A stretch of DNA of 64,000 bases from an uncultured archaeon (GTDB lineage: Archaea; Thermoproteota; Nitrososphaeria; Nitrososphaerales; Gagatemarchaeaceae): positions 608,001 through 672,000 of the forward strand of contig CAWFOU010000007.1 in assembly GCA_963817525.1 (NCBI GenBank), in the 5' to 3' direction. The notes under the pieces are model-generated. The model had not been told where the DNA came from. It ran no database searches and was given only the letters and a program-made list of their open reading frames with translations. Position 1 is the stretch's first letter. Each line of letters starts with the position of its first letter. A program made the translations under genes and the position numbers. Positions 54,780 to 64,000 of this stretch are shown here, in pieces.

Positions 54780-57579
54780 TTGAGTCCGAGGCTCGCGGAG
54801 CCCGCCCCACTTGCAAAGACCGAGTTCCTTACTGTTGATCAGAGAGGCTCTTGGAGCCCCGCCCAAGTCGCCGACAGAATCTACGACAGTTCGCGCACCT
54901 ACAGGAAAGAGCATTGCGCCATCTTCATCGACCCAGACTCGGTCGATGACTTTCTCCACGCCTCAGGTCTACAAGTGGACTTTCTAGACCCAGACGAAAA
55001 CTCGCACTGGACGGGAGTGCAAAGACCAGTCCACCCGAAGCTGAAGCCCATTCTGGTTGGAGACTATGATGAGTGGTTTCGCTGGTTCATGAAGTGGCAG
55101 AGGTTCAACGCTTTCCACATCATCGTCCTCATCAACCCAATCCGGAGGATGATTGATGACGACAGGAGGGGGTACTATGACGGCCTCCTCACGCGCCTGC
55201 TCAACAAGCAAGGCGTCCACAGAATCATCATTGTCGAAGAGGAGCGCTTCCAGCCGACGCTCAGAAGATGGATGGGCGGCGCCGTCCCCGGTGAGGAGGA
55301 CCAAGAGCTCAAGGCGAAGTTCGGGCAGAAGCAGTTCAGGGATGCGATATGCTCCATTCTCTATGGCACGCTCCTCTCCAACAGAAACCTCTCTGCTGCT
55401 GCCGCGAGTACCTTGTTCTCGAAGGTGAACCCAGCCTGGGAGCCGGCGCTCCAGGACCTGAAGCGCAAGGCTTTCCAGGTCGCAAGGACGCACCGCTGGT
55501 TCTACTCACTGGGGGACTATGGGAAGGAGATAGTCGAGGGCCTCGAGACGCCGGCGGTTCGGAAAACACTCGAGGATCCGCAGCAGTCGATTCCACCCCT
55601 GTTCAAGAGGAGAGGCAAGAGGTGCCCCTCGGAGCTCAACCAGGAATGGCTCGAGGGCCTCACGCAGTCCCTCCTTGACTCCCAAGGCTGGTTCACGGTC
55701 GCGGGCCTCTACCAGCACGTCGACGCCCAGACGCAGAGGGTGATCCAGACGTCAGGTTATCGCCCCCAGATTTTCAACGATCACTTTGACGACGAGCTGC
55801 CTAGCGAGATGCATGTCTGGGCGCCGAGTCGCCCACTCCTGCGTGGCATCGCCGAGAGGCTCGCGCAGGAGGGGAAGCTGCAGAAGGCCACCTGGGTAAG
55901 GGAGATCGGGCGGCCCACCACCGTCTATCACCTGCCAGGACAGCTGCCGTTCGACGCCAAGAACCGGTGCGGGCAGTGCGCTTTCTACGTCCCCTTGAGG
56001 CGCCAGTGCAGAATCTGGTGGCTCCTCGACAAGTCCTACGGCTCCAGATACGAAAGGTGGGGGAGGGATGGGGCTCGCCCGCTCTCGGGCTTCGAGATTC
56101 ACAAGATGAGGAACTCCTGGCGCATAGGCCCACATTCGTCCGCGTGCTCGAAGTTCGTCGACAAGAAGAAGGACTACAGCCGGCTCTCACTCCCCGAGCT
56201 CTGCGACGTGTGCCAAGAACGGCTTCCCGAGACGCCGCCAAAGTGGTCGATGGTGGTCTGCGGCACCTGCAGGACCCGATACTTCAGGCTCAGGCAAGGC
56301 AAGGTGAAGGTGCTCACGAGCTACGAGCACGAGTTCGAGAAGCGCTACCACGAGCTGGCGGGCGTAGACCGAGCATCGGACATTAAGCGCCTGATTGAGG
56401 AAAGGCAGGGCTCTGCGGGAAGCATCGTGGAGCAGGCCATATTCGACGAGCGCCGCCACGCGGGCGTCGACGACCCAGACTCTGCCCCCAAGACGGTGAT
56501 GCTGTTCCCCGGCGACAGGATGCTCGCGAGGGACGGGAGGCTCTACGTCTTCAAGAGGCGCAATGTGGAGTCGCTCCCCCTCGCGGGCAGCACAATAATC
56601 GACCACGGCGGCGTGGTGAACGAGGAGCAGAGGGGCGCCCTAGAGAGCGCCGGGACGACCGTGAGGTCAATCTCGAAGTCACCGGGTCTCAACAGCACCG
56701 GAGGGCCTCCGCCAAAGAGGTACGACATCGCCCCCGCCGTGGATAAGGTGGTCGGCGAGTACCCGGAGTTCCTGCGCCGGATGTCCCTCGCGATGGTCCA
56801 GAGCTCGATTCACGCCACGGAGCGCGTCGGCTCCCTCGCCCACATGTCGGAGGACGACGTGCAGACCTTCACCAGAAAGCAAAGGATGTACGCGCGACGT
56901 CTCGAGCGCGCGCCTCCAACCAGGTTCTTGGTCTATGAGGCCCTATCCATGAAGGAGTACTGGAACTGCTACTACCTGGTGCTCAAGGGCGCGTTTCAGA
57001 GGTTCGGCCCGCGCAAGAAGGCCCGGTTCGTGAGGGAGTTCGTCACAAACCCCGCGGGGAGGGCAAGGGGCTACACCGCGGTTGACGCGGCGATAAACTA
57101 CCTTCACCAGAGGAGATTCTTCAAGGCGAGGGCGGTCAACGTCCAGCTCGGCCTCGATTTCAACCCGGGAGAGGGATTCCTCCACAGGAAGAGGTGGAAC
57201 CCCGAAGGCCTCGGGCTGATCTTTGACCTCATCGACCCCTTCAAGTTCGCCGACAGAGAGAAGCTGCTCGGGGCCATCCTGGACGTCAGCGTGAACTGGA
57301 GGGACTTTTACGGCGCGACCGACAGGTCCGGGGCGCGGTTCTACTACCCAAAAGCCGGAGGCCATCGGTGTCCTCGAAGCGGTTGGCGAGGCGGCAGACA
57401 ATATGCCTGTGAATTACCAAGGAGAGAAAATTACGCTCGTAGAGGCTTACCGAAACGCCGTCTTGAGGCTAATCCAGAACCTGCAAGGCGGCACGCCAGC
57501 CTCATTCACACCCTTCGTCTTCCAAGGGTCAAATTCAGCGCTCAAGAGGAATGGAACGCCCCAGGCGGAGGCGCAATGA
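54780..57579 (+). CDS. cas1: Large Cas1-fusion protein (~932 aa after correcting one extra A at 57350-57353)
   Basis: Cas1 beta domain from 56490 (VMLFPGDRMLARDGRLYV..SLPL..VV....LESAG.TV); helical domain YEALSMKEYW, DAAINYL, GLDFNPGEGFLH, LIFDLIDPFK. A Cas1-like tail (VNYQGEKITL..LIQNL.G..FTPF) lies in the +1 frame. Confidence 0.82.
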
Positions 57580-57586
57580 ACCCAAG
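57555..57586 (+). repeat. Direct repeat R1, containing the corrected cas1 stop
   Basis: AACGCCCCAGGCGGAGGCGCAATGAACCCAAG; 28/33 aligned columns match R3. Confidence 0.7.
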
Positions 57587-57759
57587 CACGGCGATGCCCT
57601 GCAACTTCATTTTAGCGAAACATAGTGGAGCTCTTGGAGTTGGATTGGAGAGTACACCTTTCCGCGCCTTGTATGAATCGTTACAGAGAAATTTTCGGGG
57701 GGGGGGAAATAGTGGAAAATCCCATCAATGGATATAGTTAGCCCTTTATTCTCGGAGGT

Positions 57760-59649
57760 ATGGCGCCCGCGTCTCCTCTAGCCTCTATGCTGCATATCCA
57801 TGGAGAAAAAGTAAACCGGGTCTCAAAGGCAGTCCTACTATTGGCCCTACTGGCCGTCGCAGCGGTGTTTCTGATTTCCCCCGCTTCGGTAAACGCGGAG
57901 AGCGTGGGGACATGGAACCAGACCACCAGCTTCCCTGTTGCTGGTACCTCCTGCACCGCATACGCCGGGTACGCTTACTGCGTCGATGGCCAATATTCCT
58001 ACTACGGCCAGCTCACATCGTCAGGCATCGCTTCCTGGACGGCCACCACCAGCTATCCGGACACTGTAGACGCGGACCAGACGTGCGCCGCATCAGCAGG
58101 ATACATCTATTGCGTTGGGGGGACACCCACCTCAGGCGGCTCCGCTCCCAGCGATTACGCGTATTATGCTACCGCTACTGCATCTGGGATAGGGGCCTGG
58201 ATCGAGACCTCTGACTATCCGACCTTCATAACCGGTGTCTCATGCGTGATCTCGGCAGGATACATCTACTGCGCGGGAGGCGAGACGGGCGATGGCACCT
58301 TACAAACAGGCTTCGCCGCGTACGCGCCGGTCTCCTCGTCAGGCATCGGGACGTGGACGACCACCACTACGTATCCCCACCAAGTAGTTTCCCCCAACTG
58401 CGTGACTTCGAGTAGATACATCTACTGCGCCGGCGGGATGGGGGTCGTAGACGTCGGCCCCGAAAATACGACCGCTTACGCCGCCCTCTCCTCCTCGGGA
58501 ATAGGTCCTTGGACCGAGGGCCCACTCTATCCGTCGACGATCAGCGGATATGGGGAGTCGCCTTATTCCTGTGTCGCGTCGGACGGCTACATGTACTGCA
58601 TCGGCGCATACAGTTCCTATGAGAGCTCACCTGAGGTCAACTACGCCTCGCTCTCCTCGTCCGGAATCGGGGCATGGACGGCCACGACCGCCTATCCAGG
58701 CACTTCGTCGAGTGGTGACACATGCACTTCATCGGGCGGCTACATCTATTGCGTGGGAGGCGACGGAAGCACCTCTTCAAGTGCCACAGTCTATTACGCT
58801 CAGATAACCGCACCCCCATCTTCGCAGCTGACTGTGACAAGCCAGGACACCAGCGGCAACACGATAAGCGGCTACTACACAGTGCTCAATCAGAGCAACG
58901 CTATTGTGGCCTCAGGATTCACGCCGTACACATTCACTCTGAACGACGGCCAAACCTATACGGTGCAAGTCGACAACTATGGCTCCTGCACGTTCTCGCA
59001 TTGGCTCGACACGGGAAGCACGACGTCAAGCAGGACGGTGTCCATCACCAGCAACACCCAGTACACGGCCGTGTACAGCTGCGCTTCGAGCAGCGGCGGC
59101 CCGTCGAGCGTGACCGTGGACACGGTCAACCAGGATGGCGGCGCGATCACCGGCTACAACATCGCGCTCTATGGGTCGGGTGGTAATTTCATCTCTAGCG
59201 GGTTCTCGCCGGCGAGCTTCAGCACGACCGCGGGCGAGGGGTACGAGCTTGTGGCGGACAGCTACGGGAGCTGCACCTTCAGCCAGTGGTCAAACGGCGC
59301 GAGCGACCCGATGTCCTTCACCGCGACGAGCTCGGCGCAGACTTTCACTGCGGTCTACAACTGCACCAGCACGAACGAGTCCACCATCAACGTCTCCACG
59401 GTGAACTCGTCCGGCACTCCGATCAGCGGATACTACATCACCCTCTGGCAGGATGGCGCTCAGCTTGGGAGCTGCTTCTCCGCCTGCTCGTTCACCGTGG
59501 ACGGCGGACAGTCTTACCAGGTCTTGGCCGACTCCTATGGCTCCGAGACGTTCAGCCACTGGCAGAACGACGGTTCAACGGGCTACGAGACGGTCATGGT
59601 CCCGATCAGCAGCACGACGATCGACCTGACAGCGGTCTACAGTCCATAG
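57760..59649 (+). CDS. Secreted surface protein: ~6 Kelch-like beta-propeller repeats plus 3 beta-sandwich repeats
   Basis: Signal peptide; repeats C...GYIYC.GG / SSSGIG.WT.TT.YP; C-terminal repeats GF.P..FT..GQ.Y.V..D.YG..F.HW. Confidence 0.85.
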   Translation: MAPASPLASMLHIHGEKVNRVSKAVLLLALLAVAAVFLISPASVNAESVGTWNQTTSFPVAGTSCTAYAGYAYCVDGQYSYYGQLTSSGIASWTATTSYPDTVDADQTCAASAGYIYCVGGTPTSGGSAPSDYAYYATATASGIGAWIETSDYPTFITGVSCVISAGYIYCAGGETGDGTLQTGFAAYAPVSSSGIGTWTTTTTYPHQVVSPNCVTSSRYIYCAGGMGVVDVGPENTTAYAALSSSGIGPWTEGPLYPSTISGYGESPYSCVASDGYMYCIGAYSSYESSPEVNYASLSSSGIGAWTATTAYPGTSSSGDTCTSSGGYIYCVGGDGSTSSSATVYYAQITAPPSSQLTVTSQDTSGNTISGYYTVLNQSNAIVASGFTPYTFTLNDGQTYTVQVDNYGSCTFSHWLDTGSTTSSRTVSITSNTQYTAVYSCASSSGGPSSVTVDTVNQDGGAITGYNIALYGSGGNFISSGFSPASFSTTAGEGYELVADSYGSCTFSQWSNGASDPMSFTATSSAQTFTAVYNCTSTNESTINVSTVNSSGTPISGYYITLWQDGAQLGSCFSACSFTVDGGQSYQVLADSYGSETFSHWQNDGSTGYETVMVPISSTTIDLTAVYSP

Positions 59650-59681
59650 CGGAAGAAGAAGCAGCCGCACGCGGAGGTGGT

Positions 59682-59722
59682 CCCCCGGCGGGCCAATGAA
59701 CCCAGCCAATCTTTAGTTAGCG
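59682..59722 (+). repeat. Degenerate direct repeat R2
   Basis: CCCCCGGCGGGCCAATGAACCCAG matches R1 at 22/26 columns; the following AATCTTTAGTTAGCG matches the R3 flank AAGCCTTAATTAGCG (12/15). Confidence 0.55.
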
Positions 59723-59770
59723 CCGCAATTCCGACAGCCGTAAATATTCTCCAGGAGATCATCATACGAC

Positions 59771-60121
59771 TTGGACAGCCGACGGAGCTGGGCAATAATT
59801 GGAGCAAACCTAGACAAACTCGTGGCCGTGATGCTGACCGTTCAGAAGGGAGCTTCGGTCGATGTCTTTTGCGATCCGACGGGAGCGAATCTATCCGTCG
59901 GCAGACCGTCCGGCGCGGCGAACATCAAACTCTGCGCAGTTAACGCCCCCGACCTCGAGGGTGGCTACGGTGTGAAATCACGTGGTGACGGATTCACGAA
60001 TGACGACGGGGAGGAGATTTCAAAGGAACAATTGCCAGCCTACTTGGTGCGGTACATCACAGGGGCGAAGGATGGAGGCGCGGAATGGGGCTGGGAGTTC
60101 AAGTTGAGCGGCGACGGGTGA
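59771..60121 (+). CDS. Hypothetical protein (~116 aa)
   Basis: ORF between R2 and R3 with protein-like composition; TATA-like element upstream. Confidence 0.5.
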   Translation: MDSRRSWAIIGANLDKLVAVMLTVQKGASVDVFCDPTGANLSVGRPSGAANIKLCAVNAPDLEGGYGVKSRGDGFTNDDGEEISKEQLPAYLVRYITGAKDGGAEWGWEFKLSGDG

Positions 60122-60241
60122 TGGTGCAGCTATCTGCTGCATATTTGGCCCGAAACGACGCCAGTTAACAACACGTACAGTTACCGTGTCGGACGAATGG
60201 GGCAGGCTGTCGTGCTTCACTTCACCATGACCAACTGATCA

Positions 60242-60273
60242 AATGCCCCGGCGGAGGCGCAACTAACCCGAAG
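60242..60273 (+). repeat. Direct repeat R3, just upstream of the methyltransferase promoter
   Basis: AATGCCCCGGCGGAGGCGCAACTAACCCGAAG. Confidence 0.7.
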
Positions 60274-60315
60274 GCCATCAAGCCTTAATTAGCGTCAAGC
60301 CTCAGAAAGTGGTTC

Positions 60316-61503
60316 TTGCCGTTCCTAGTCCCTCCGGAGAGCATCGAGTCCGAGTCCCTCATCCTGGTGCTCGCGTTTGGGCAGCCCTCGTTGCTCGAGG
60401 CGCAGTGCGTGTTCGGGGAGAGCGCCAGGGTCTCTATGCGCTGCGACGACATTGCGATAGCCGACTTGAACGGCGGCCGGTTCAAAAAGTACACCGAGCT
60501 CGCGGGGGTGCACAAGATCGCCCTCCCCCTACCCCCCGTCGACTCCTCCGGCTTCGCCGAGGCGATCACCTTCCCCGAGAGGAACTTCAACTTCTCCCTG
60601 AGCCTCTACTGCTCAGCCGGCGACCAGGAGGCGAAATATGAGGAGCTCTCCGAGGAGCTCCTCTTGCGGATACGCGAGTTCGGCCACAAGAAGGCGAACC
60701 TCCTCCGCTCGCGCTCGGGGCCCGAGCTATTTTCGGAGCGGGTGGTGTCTAGGTCCGCGATGGATTTTGTGGTCTTCCCCCTCGGGGCGGTGTCCCAGTG
60801 GGGAGTCACGGTCTACGTGCCGGAGACAGAGCAGTTCAAGGAGCGGTCGACGGAGAGGCCGTACGTCACCTCCGGGATCTCGCTCTCCTCCCGCCTGGCG
60901 CGCCTACTGGTCAACATCTCCGGGGTCTCCAAGGGCCAAGTCCTGCTGGACCCGTTCTGCGGCTCTGGGACCATCCTCGGCGAGGCGCTGCTGAAGGGGG
61001 CCGACTGCATCGGGGTCGACAGGAACCACGGAAGCGTCGAGCGGACCAAGGAGAACCTGGCGTGGGTCCTCTCACAGAGCAAACGAGGCGGACATGTCCC
61101 CTCCTACTCCGTGGTCACCGGCGACGCCATGAACCTGAGAAGGTCGCTCGGCGACCGGACGGTGGACGCCATAGTCTCAGAGCCTATCCTGATGCCGAGA
61201 CTCTCCTCTCCCCCCACCCTCGAGAAGGCGCGCCGCCTCATCAAGCACGCCTCCATCATCTACTCGGAGGCCCTTTACGAGATGAGCGAGGTCTTGCGAC
61301 GCGGCGGAAGGATGGTCCTCGTCACGCCCTCGCTTAGGACGGTGGAGGGGAAGGACGTCGCCCTGTCTTTCGAGGACCTCAGGGAGGTCGGGCTGAGGCC
61401 AATCCAGCCGCCAGGCGGCCCCTCCTACGAGTATCCTCTGAAGGTGTCGCACCAGAGCACGAGGTGGGTCAGGAGGGCGGTGTATGCCCTGGAGCGCGCC
61501 TAG
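60316..61503 (+). CDS. Trm11/TrmG10-like SAM-dependent RNA methyltransferase
   Basis: RLARLLVNIS, LLDPFCGSGTI, DAIVSEP. Confidence 0.85.
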   Translation: MPFLVPPESIESESLILVLAFGQPSLLEAQCVFGESARVSMRCDDIAIADLNGGRFKKYTELAGVHKIALPLPPVDSSGFAEAITFPERNFNFSLSLYCSAGDQEAKYEELSEELLLRIREFGHKKANLLRSRSGPELFSERVVSRSAMDFVVFPLGAVSQWGVTVYVPETEQFKERSTERPYVTSGISLSSRLARLLVNISGVSKGQVLLDPFCGSGTILGEALLKGADCIGVDRNHGSVERTKENLAWVLSQSKRGGHVPSYSVVTGDAMNLRRSLGDRTVDAIVSEPILMPRLSSPPTLEKARRLIKHASIIYSEALYEMSEVLRRGGRMVLVTPSLRTVEGKDVALSFEDLREVGLRPIQPPGGPSYEYPLKVSHQSTRWVRRAVYALERA

Positions 61504-62221
61504 CCGCTCCCCTCTCGACCGCGAGCTCCGCCCTCCGCATAAGCGAGATGAGCAGCCCGAGCTCCTTGGAGCTCACGTCCGACTTTAGGGCGACCCGGCG
61601 CGCCACCTGGACCATCCTGTCGGCCCTGTGCTTCTGCATGCCCGACGCCATCGCGAGCTGGTACGCGTACCTCGAGAACGCCTCGCGCCTCTCCCTTGAC
61701 GCCCGAGAGGGCGGCTGTCGGGGGCGGCCCGCTGCGGCCCGCGCCGACGACGCAAGATATAGGAGGATTGCGACCGAGTGGCTGACGTTGAGCGTCTTGT
61801 ATCCCGTCCTGGTGTCCACCGTGGTCACGAGGTCGCAGAGGGCCAGCTCTTCGTTCGTGAGGCCCGTGGTGTCCCTCCCGAAGACGATCGACGCGCGCCC
61901 CGCGACCATGACACGCGCCACAGCCTCCTCTGGCCTGACCACCGTCCTGCTGACGTTCGCGCCCCTCCTCGCCCTGACCGCGGTCGTGGCGAGCAGGACG
62001 TCGTGGGTCCTCCTCACCTTCGCGAGCGTCACGACCTCTGCGCGTTCGAGGACGTCGGAGCCGTGCGAGGCGTAGACCGAGGCGGCCCTCATGTCGCACT
62101 TCGGGCCCACCAGGTACAGCCTCTCCACGCCGAAGTTCTTCATCAGCCGCGCTGTGTACCCCAGGTTGACCGGGTACTCGGCCCCCACCACGGTGACGCT
62201 CAGGAGGTCGCCGAGCTTCAA
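61469..62221 (-). CDS. TrmJ-type SPOUT tRNA methyltransferase
   Basis: YPVNLGYTARLMKNFG, VFGRDTTGLTNEEL, YKTLNVSHSVAILLY. Confidence 0.88.
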   Translation of the reverse strand: MKLGDLLSVTVVGAEYPVNLGYTARLMKNFGVERLYLVGPKCDMRAASVYASHGSDVLERAEVVTLAKVRRTHDVLLATTAVRARRGANVSRTVVRPEEAVARVMVAGRASIVFGRDTTGLTNEELALCDLVTTVDTRTGYKTLNVSHSVAILLYLASSARAAAGRPRQPPSRASRERREAFSRYAYQLAMASGMQKHRADRMVQVARRVALKSDVSSKELGLLISLMRRAELAVERGAARRAPGHTPPS

Positions 62222-62999
62222 GCGACGACCCCTTTGCTCCGGGCCCGCTCCGAGCGCGCGAGCACGCCGATCATCGCGAGGACGGAGTCTGGGCGCAACG
62301 AGTTCACCCTGCACTGGAGGGGCAGGTTCTCGGTCGGCTCGGGAGCAGATGCAGGCGCCTCCAGCCCTAGGCTCTTGAGGGCGGCCCTCACGGTCCGCCG
62401 CTTCTGCGAGAATATCTTCTTTATCATCGCAACCTGTGCTGGACTCAGGGTCCTCCTCCACTTCATCGTCACCAGGCAGGAGTTCACGCGCGGCGGGGGG
62501 TCGAAGGACAGCCTGCTCACGCCGGAGACTATCTCCACCTGCGCCGAGGCTTGGGAGATAACCGACACTGCTCTGTATTCCGCGCTGGAGGGGGGCGCGG
62601 TGATTTTCACGGCAAAGTCCCGCTGAAGCATGACCACTGCCCTGTCGTATCTCCTGCGGGAGAGCCACTCGACGAAGCGGCTAGACTCAGAATACGGCAG
62701 GCTGGAGAGCAGCACGTCGAACTCCGGGGACGACCTGAAAGCGTCCTCGTTGTGGAGCTTGAGGGAGCCTCCCAGCTCCCTCCGGAGTTCCTCGTAGCAT
62801 TCCCTGTCGACCTCGTAGCCCTCGAAGCTGGAAGCTAGGCGCGCCAGCTCCTTGGTGAGCGCGCCCCTTCCCGTGCCTATCTCCAGGACCCTCTCGCCGG
62901 GTCGGATGGCCGCCAGGTCGACCATCGAGCGCACCACGGAGGTGTCGGCGAGGAAGTGCTGCCCTAGCGACTGCCGCCGGGAGCGCCCCCGACGGTCAC
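62218..62999 (-). CDS. ksgA: 16S rRNA dimethyladenosine transferase KsgA/Dim1
   Basis: LGQHFL (upstream of the listed ORF), VLEIGTGRGALT, SLPY, FDPPPRVNS; start uncertain. Confidence 0.9.
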
Positions 63000-63178
63000 T
63001 TCTTGACGAATAGTCAGGATTCAGTTAATCTATTCACCAGCTTGGTTACCCTGAACCTCATCACGGGCGAGGAAGGCCCTGCTCACAGGGGCGACGAAGA
63101 CCATTTGAACGACTTGAGACCAATCCAGACGGTCGGGCTGAAATCACCTTAAAGCATTCGTAATATCTCAACCGAAGG

Positions 63179-63592
63179 ATGCCGCGCCTACCTGACGGGG
63201 TTGAAGGGTTCGCCAAATTGTTCGGGACCAACCCCGATTCTCTCAGGCCAAACGGGCGCCGGCCGAAACACACCGTTGAAATCGTGCTTGTCACCTCCAC
63301 CGGAGATGCAGAAGACTACCTGCTATGCTATTGGTGCGGCGAGACGTTTCTCGTCCTTGGTGAGGGTGAGCTGTCCGGGCTCGACAGCATCAAGAGACAC
63401 GCTCTGAAGGCACATCGAGGAACAATCGAGCCGTTCGCCTCGGAGCCCCACAGCCTGCAGGATGGAACTATCGACCGCTTGATAGAAAGGCACAGGGCAA
63501 TCAGAATGGAGGCTGTCGAGCACTTAGTATGTGATAGCGCCCATCCGGAGTATATCCAAACGCCTAAATCTCACAAGACCGAATTAGCATAA
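63179..63592 (+). CDS. Hypothetical protein with a C2H2-like Zn motif
   Basis: CYWC...RHALKAH. Confidence 0.55.
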   Translation: MPRLPDGVEGFAKLFGTNPDSLRPNGRRPKHTVEIVLVTSTGDAEDYLLCYWCGETFLVLGEGELSGLDSIKRHALKAHRGTIEPFASEPHSLQDGTIDRLIERHRAIRMEAVEHLVCDSAHPEYIQTPKSHKTELA

Positions 63593-63733
63593 AACTACCA
63601 AGTCCGCGCGTCTCTGACCGAGACCGGTATTGCGTTCGAACCAGGCACAAGAACGATTGTAGGAAGATCAAGAAGCTTATGCCAAACCCAAACCGATGAC
63701 TGCGGAAGTTCGTCTTCCCGTCTGAGATTCAGG

Positions 63734-63892
63734 TCAAGACTTCTTCGGCTTCTCTAACCAGCCTAAGTCCTTCAGAAAGTAGACGGCGCACGCTCTCATA
63801 ACGTCCGCCTTGGAGGCGAACATGCCCGCTTCTACGGCGTCCCCTAGAAGTTCATCGAGCTGTTTCGTTATCGTAACCCTGATTTCTGGCAT
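63734..63892 (-). CDS. Ribbon-helix-helix (CopG-like) protein, 52 aa; not in the ORF track
   Basis: MPEIRVTITKQLDELLGDAVEAGMFASKADVMRAC RHH pattern. Confidence 0.75.
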   Translation of the reverse strand: MPEIRVTITKQLDELLGDAVEAGMFASKADVMRACAVYFLKDLGWLEKPKKS

Positions 63893-64000
63893 ATCCGCGC
63901 TTTAGCCTTACCAGGCGGATACGAGCGATATTTGCGTTCTGCACGAGTAAGATACGCGTAGAGCGTATATTACGCGGCTTTATTAGGAGCATCAGATTCG

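Noticed and set aside
57345-57737. Programmed frameshift in cas1, or the 985-aa ORF as listed
   Set aside because: The tail after YYPK in the listed frame is not Cas1-like, whereas the +1 frame is. The shift is in an A4 run, and similar homopolymer indels appear elsewhere (~554, ~609, ~62988), so assembly error or recent mutation is more likely. The true start could also be ATG 54734 via another indel.
50200-60300. Canonical CRISPR array near cas1
   Set aside because: No run of near-identical 25-40 bp repeats with short unique spacers was seen. The 37-38 bp periodicity at 50433-50520 is too short and degenerate.
50200-60300. Casposon
   Set aside because: No family-B polymerase, no terminal inverted repeats enclosing cas1 that I could find, and the domain order differs from casposases.
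2083-62668. Many long antisense or alternate-frame ORFs (e.g. 2083-3456, 28703-29590, 44055-45305) and N-terminal extensions of gcvT and trmJ
   Set aside because: These are shadows of GC-rich codon usage overlapping well-supported genes, with no recognisable motifs.

Overview
GC-rich archaeal chromosomal window from the TACK group. PolD together with Elf1, Alba, a Cren7-like protein and an L10e starting (M)HGANYR points to a deep-branching Nitrososphaerota (Thaumarchaeota) lineage; this is an inference. Most of it is core genome: a cdc6/orc1-linked origin with three ORB boxes flanked by PolD DP1/DP2, PCNA-priS-GINS, topA, XPD, aglB, gcvT/H, thyX, glyA, and ribosomal and translation genes. There are five tRNA genes, three of them heavily intron-split: Pro-CGG (3 introns), Ser-CGA (3) and elongator Met-CAT (4, each with a BHB-type motif). 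An accessory island at ~50.2-60.3 kb holds the most unusual feature, a ~930-aa protein with a complete Cas1 domain (E-H-D triad present) fused behind a degenerate Hel308-like helicase/winged-helix region, a second wHTH and two Cys clusters. No cas2, CRISPR array or casposon PolB is present in the window. The gene is divergent from a PD-(D/E)xK nuclease plus double-LAGLIDADG operon and is followed by gene-sized cassettes separated by three degenerate ~30-bp direct repeats. Also notable: a 72-bp inverted repeat around a secreted-protein gene, a solo tnpB at the edge of an inverted PCNA-priS-GINS block, and an origin-proximal membrane-anchored wHTH module with TGTGA repeats. Several single-base frameshifts in homopolymers suggest assembly indel errors. 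All family calls come from motif recognition by eye; no searches were run.
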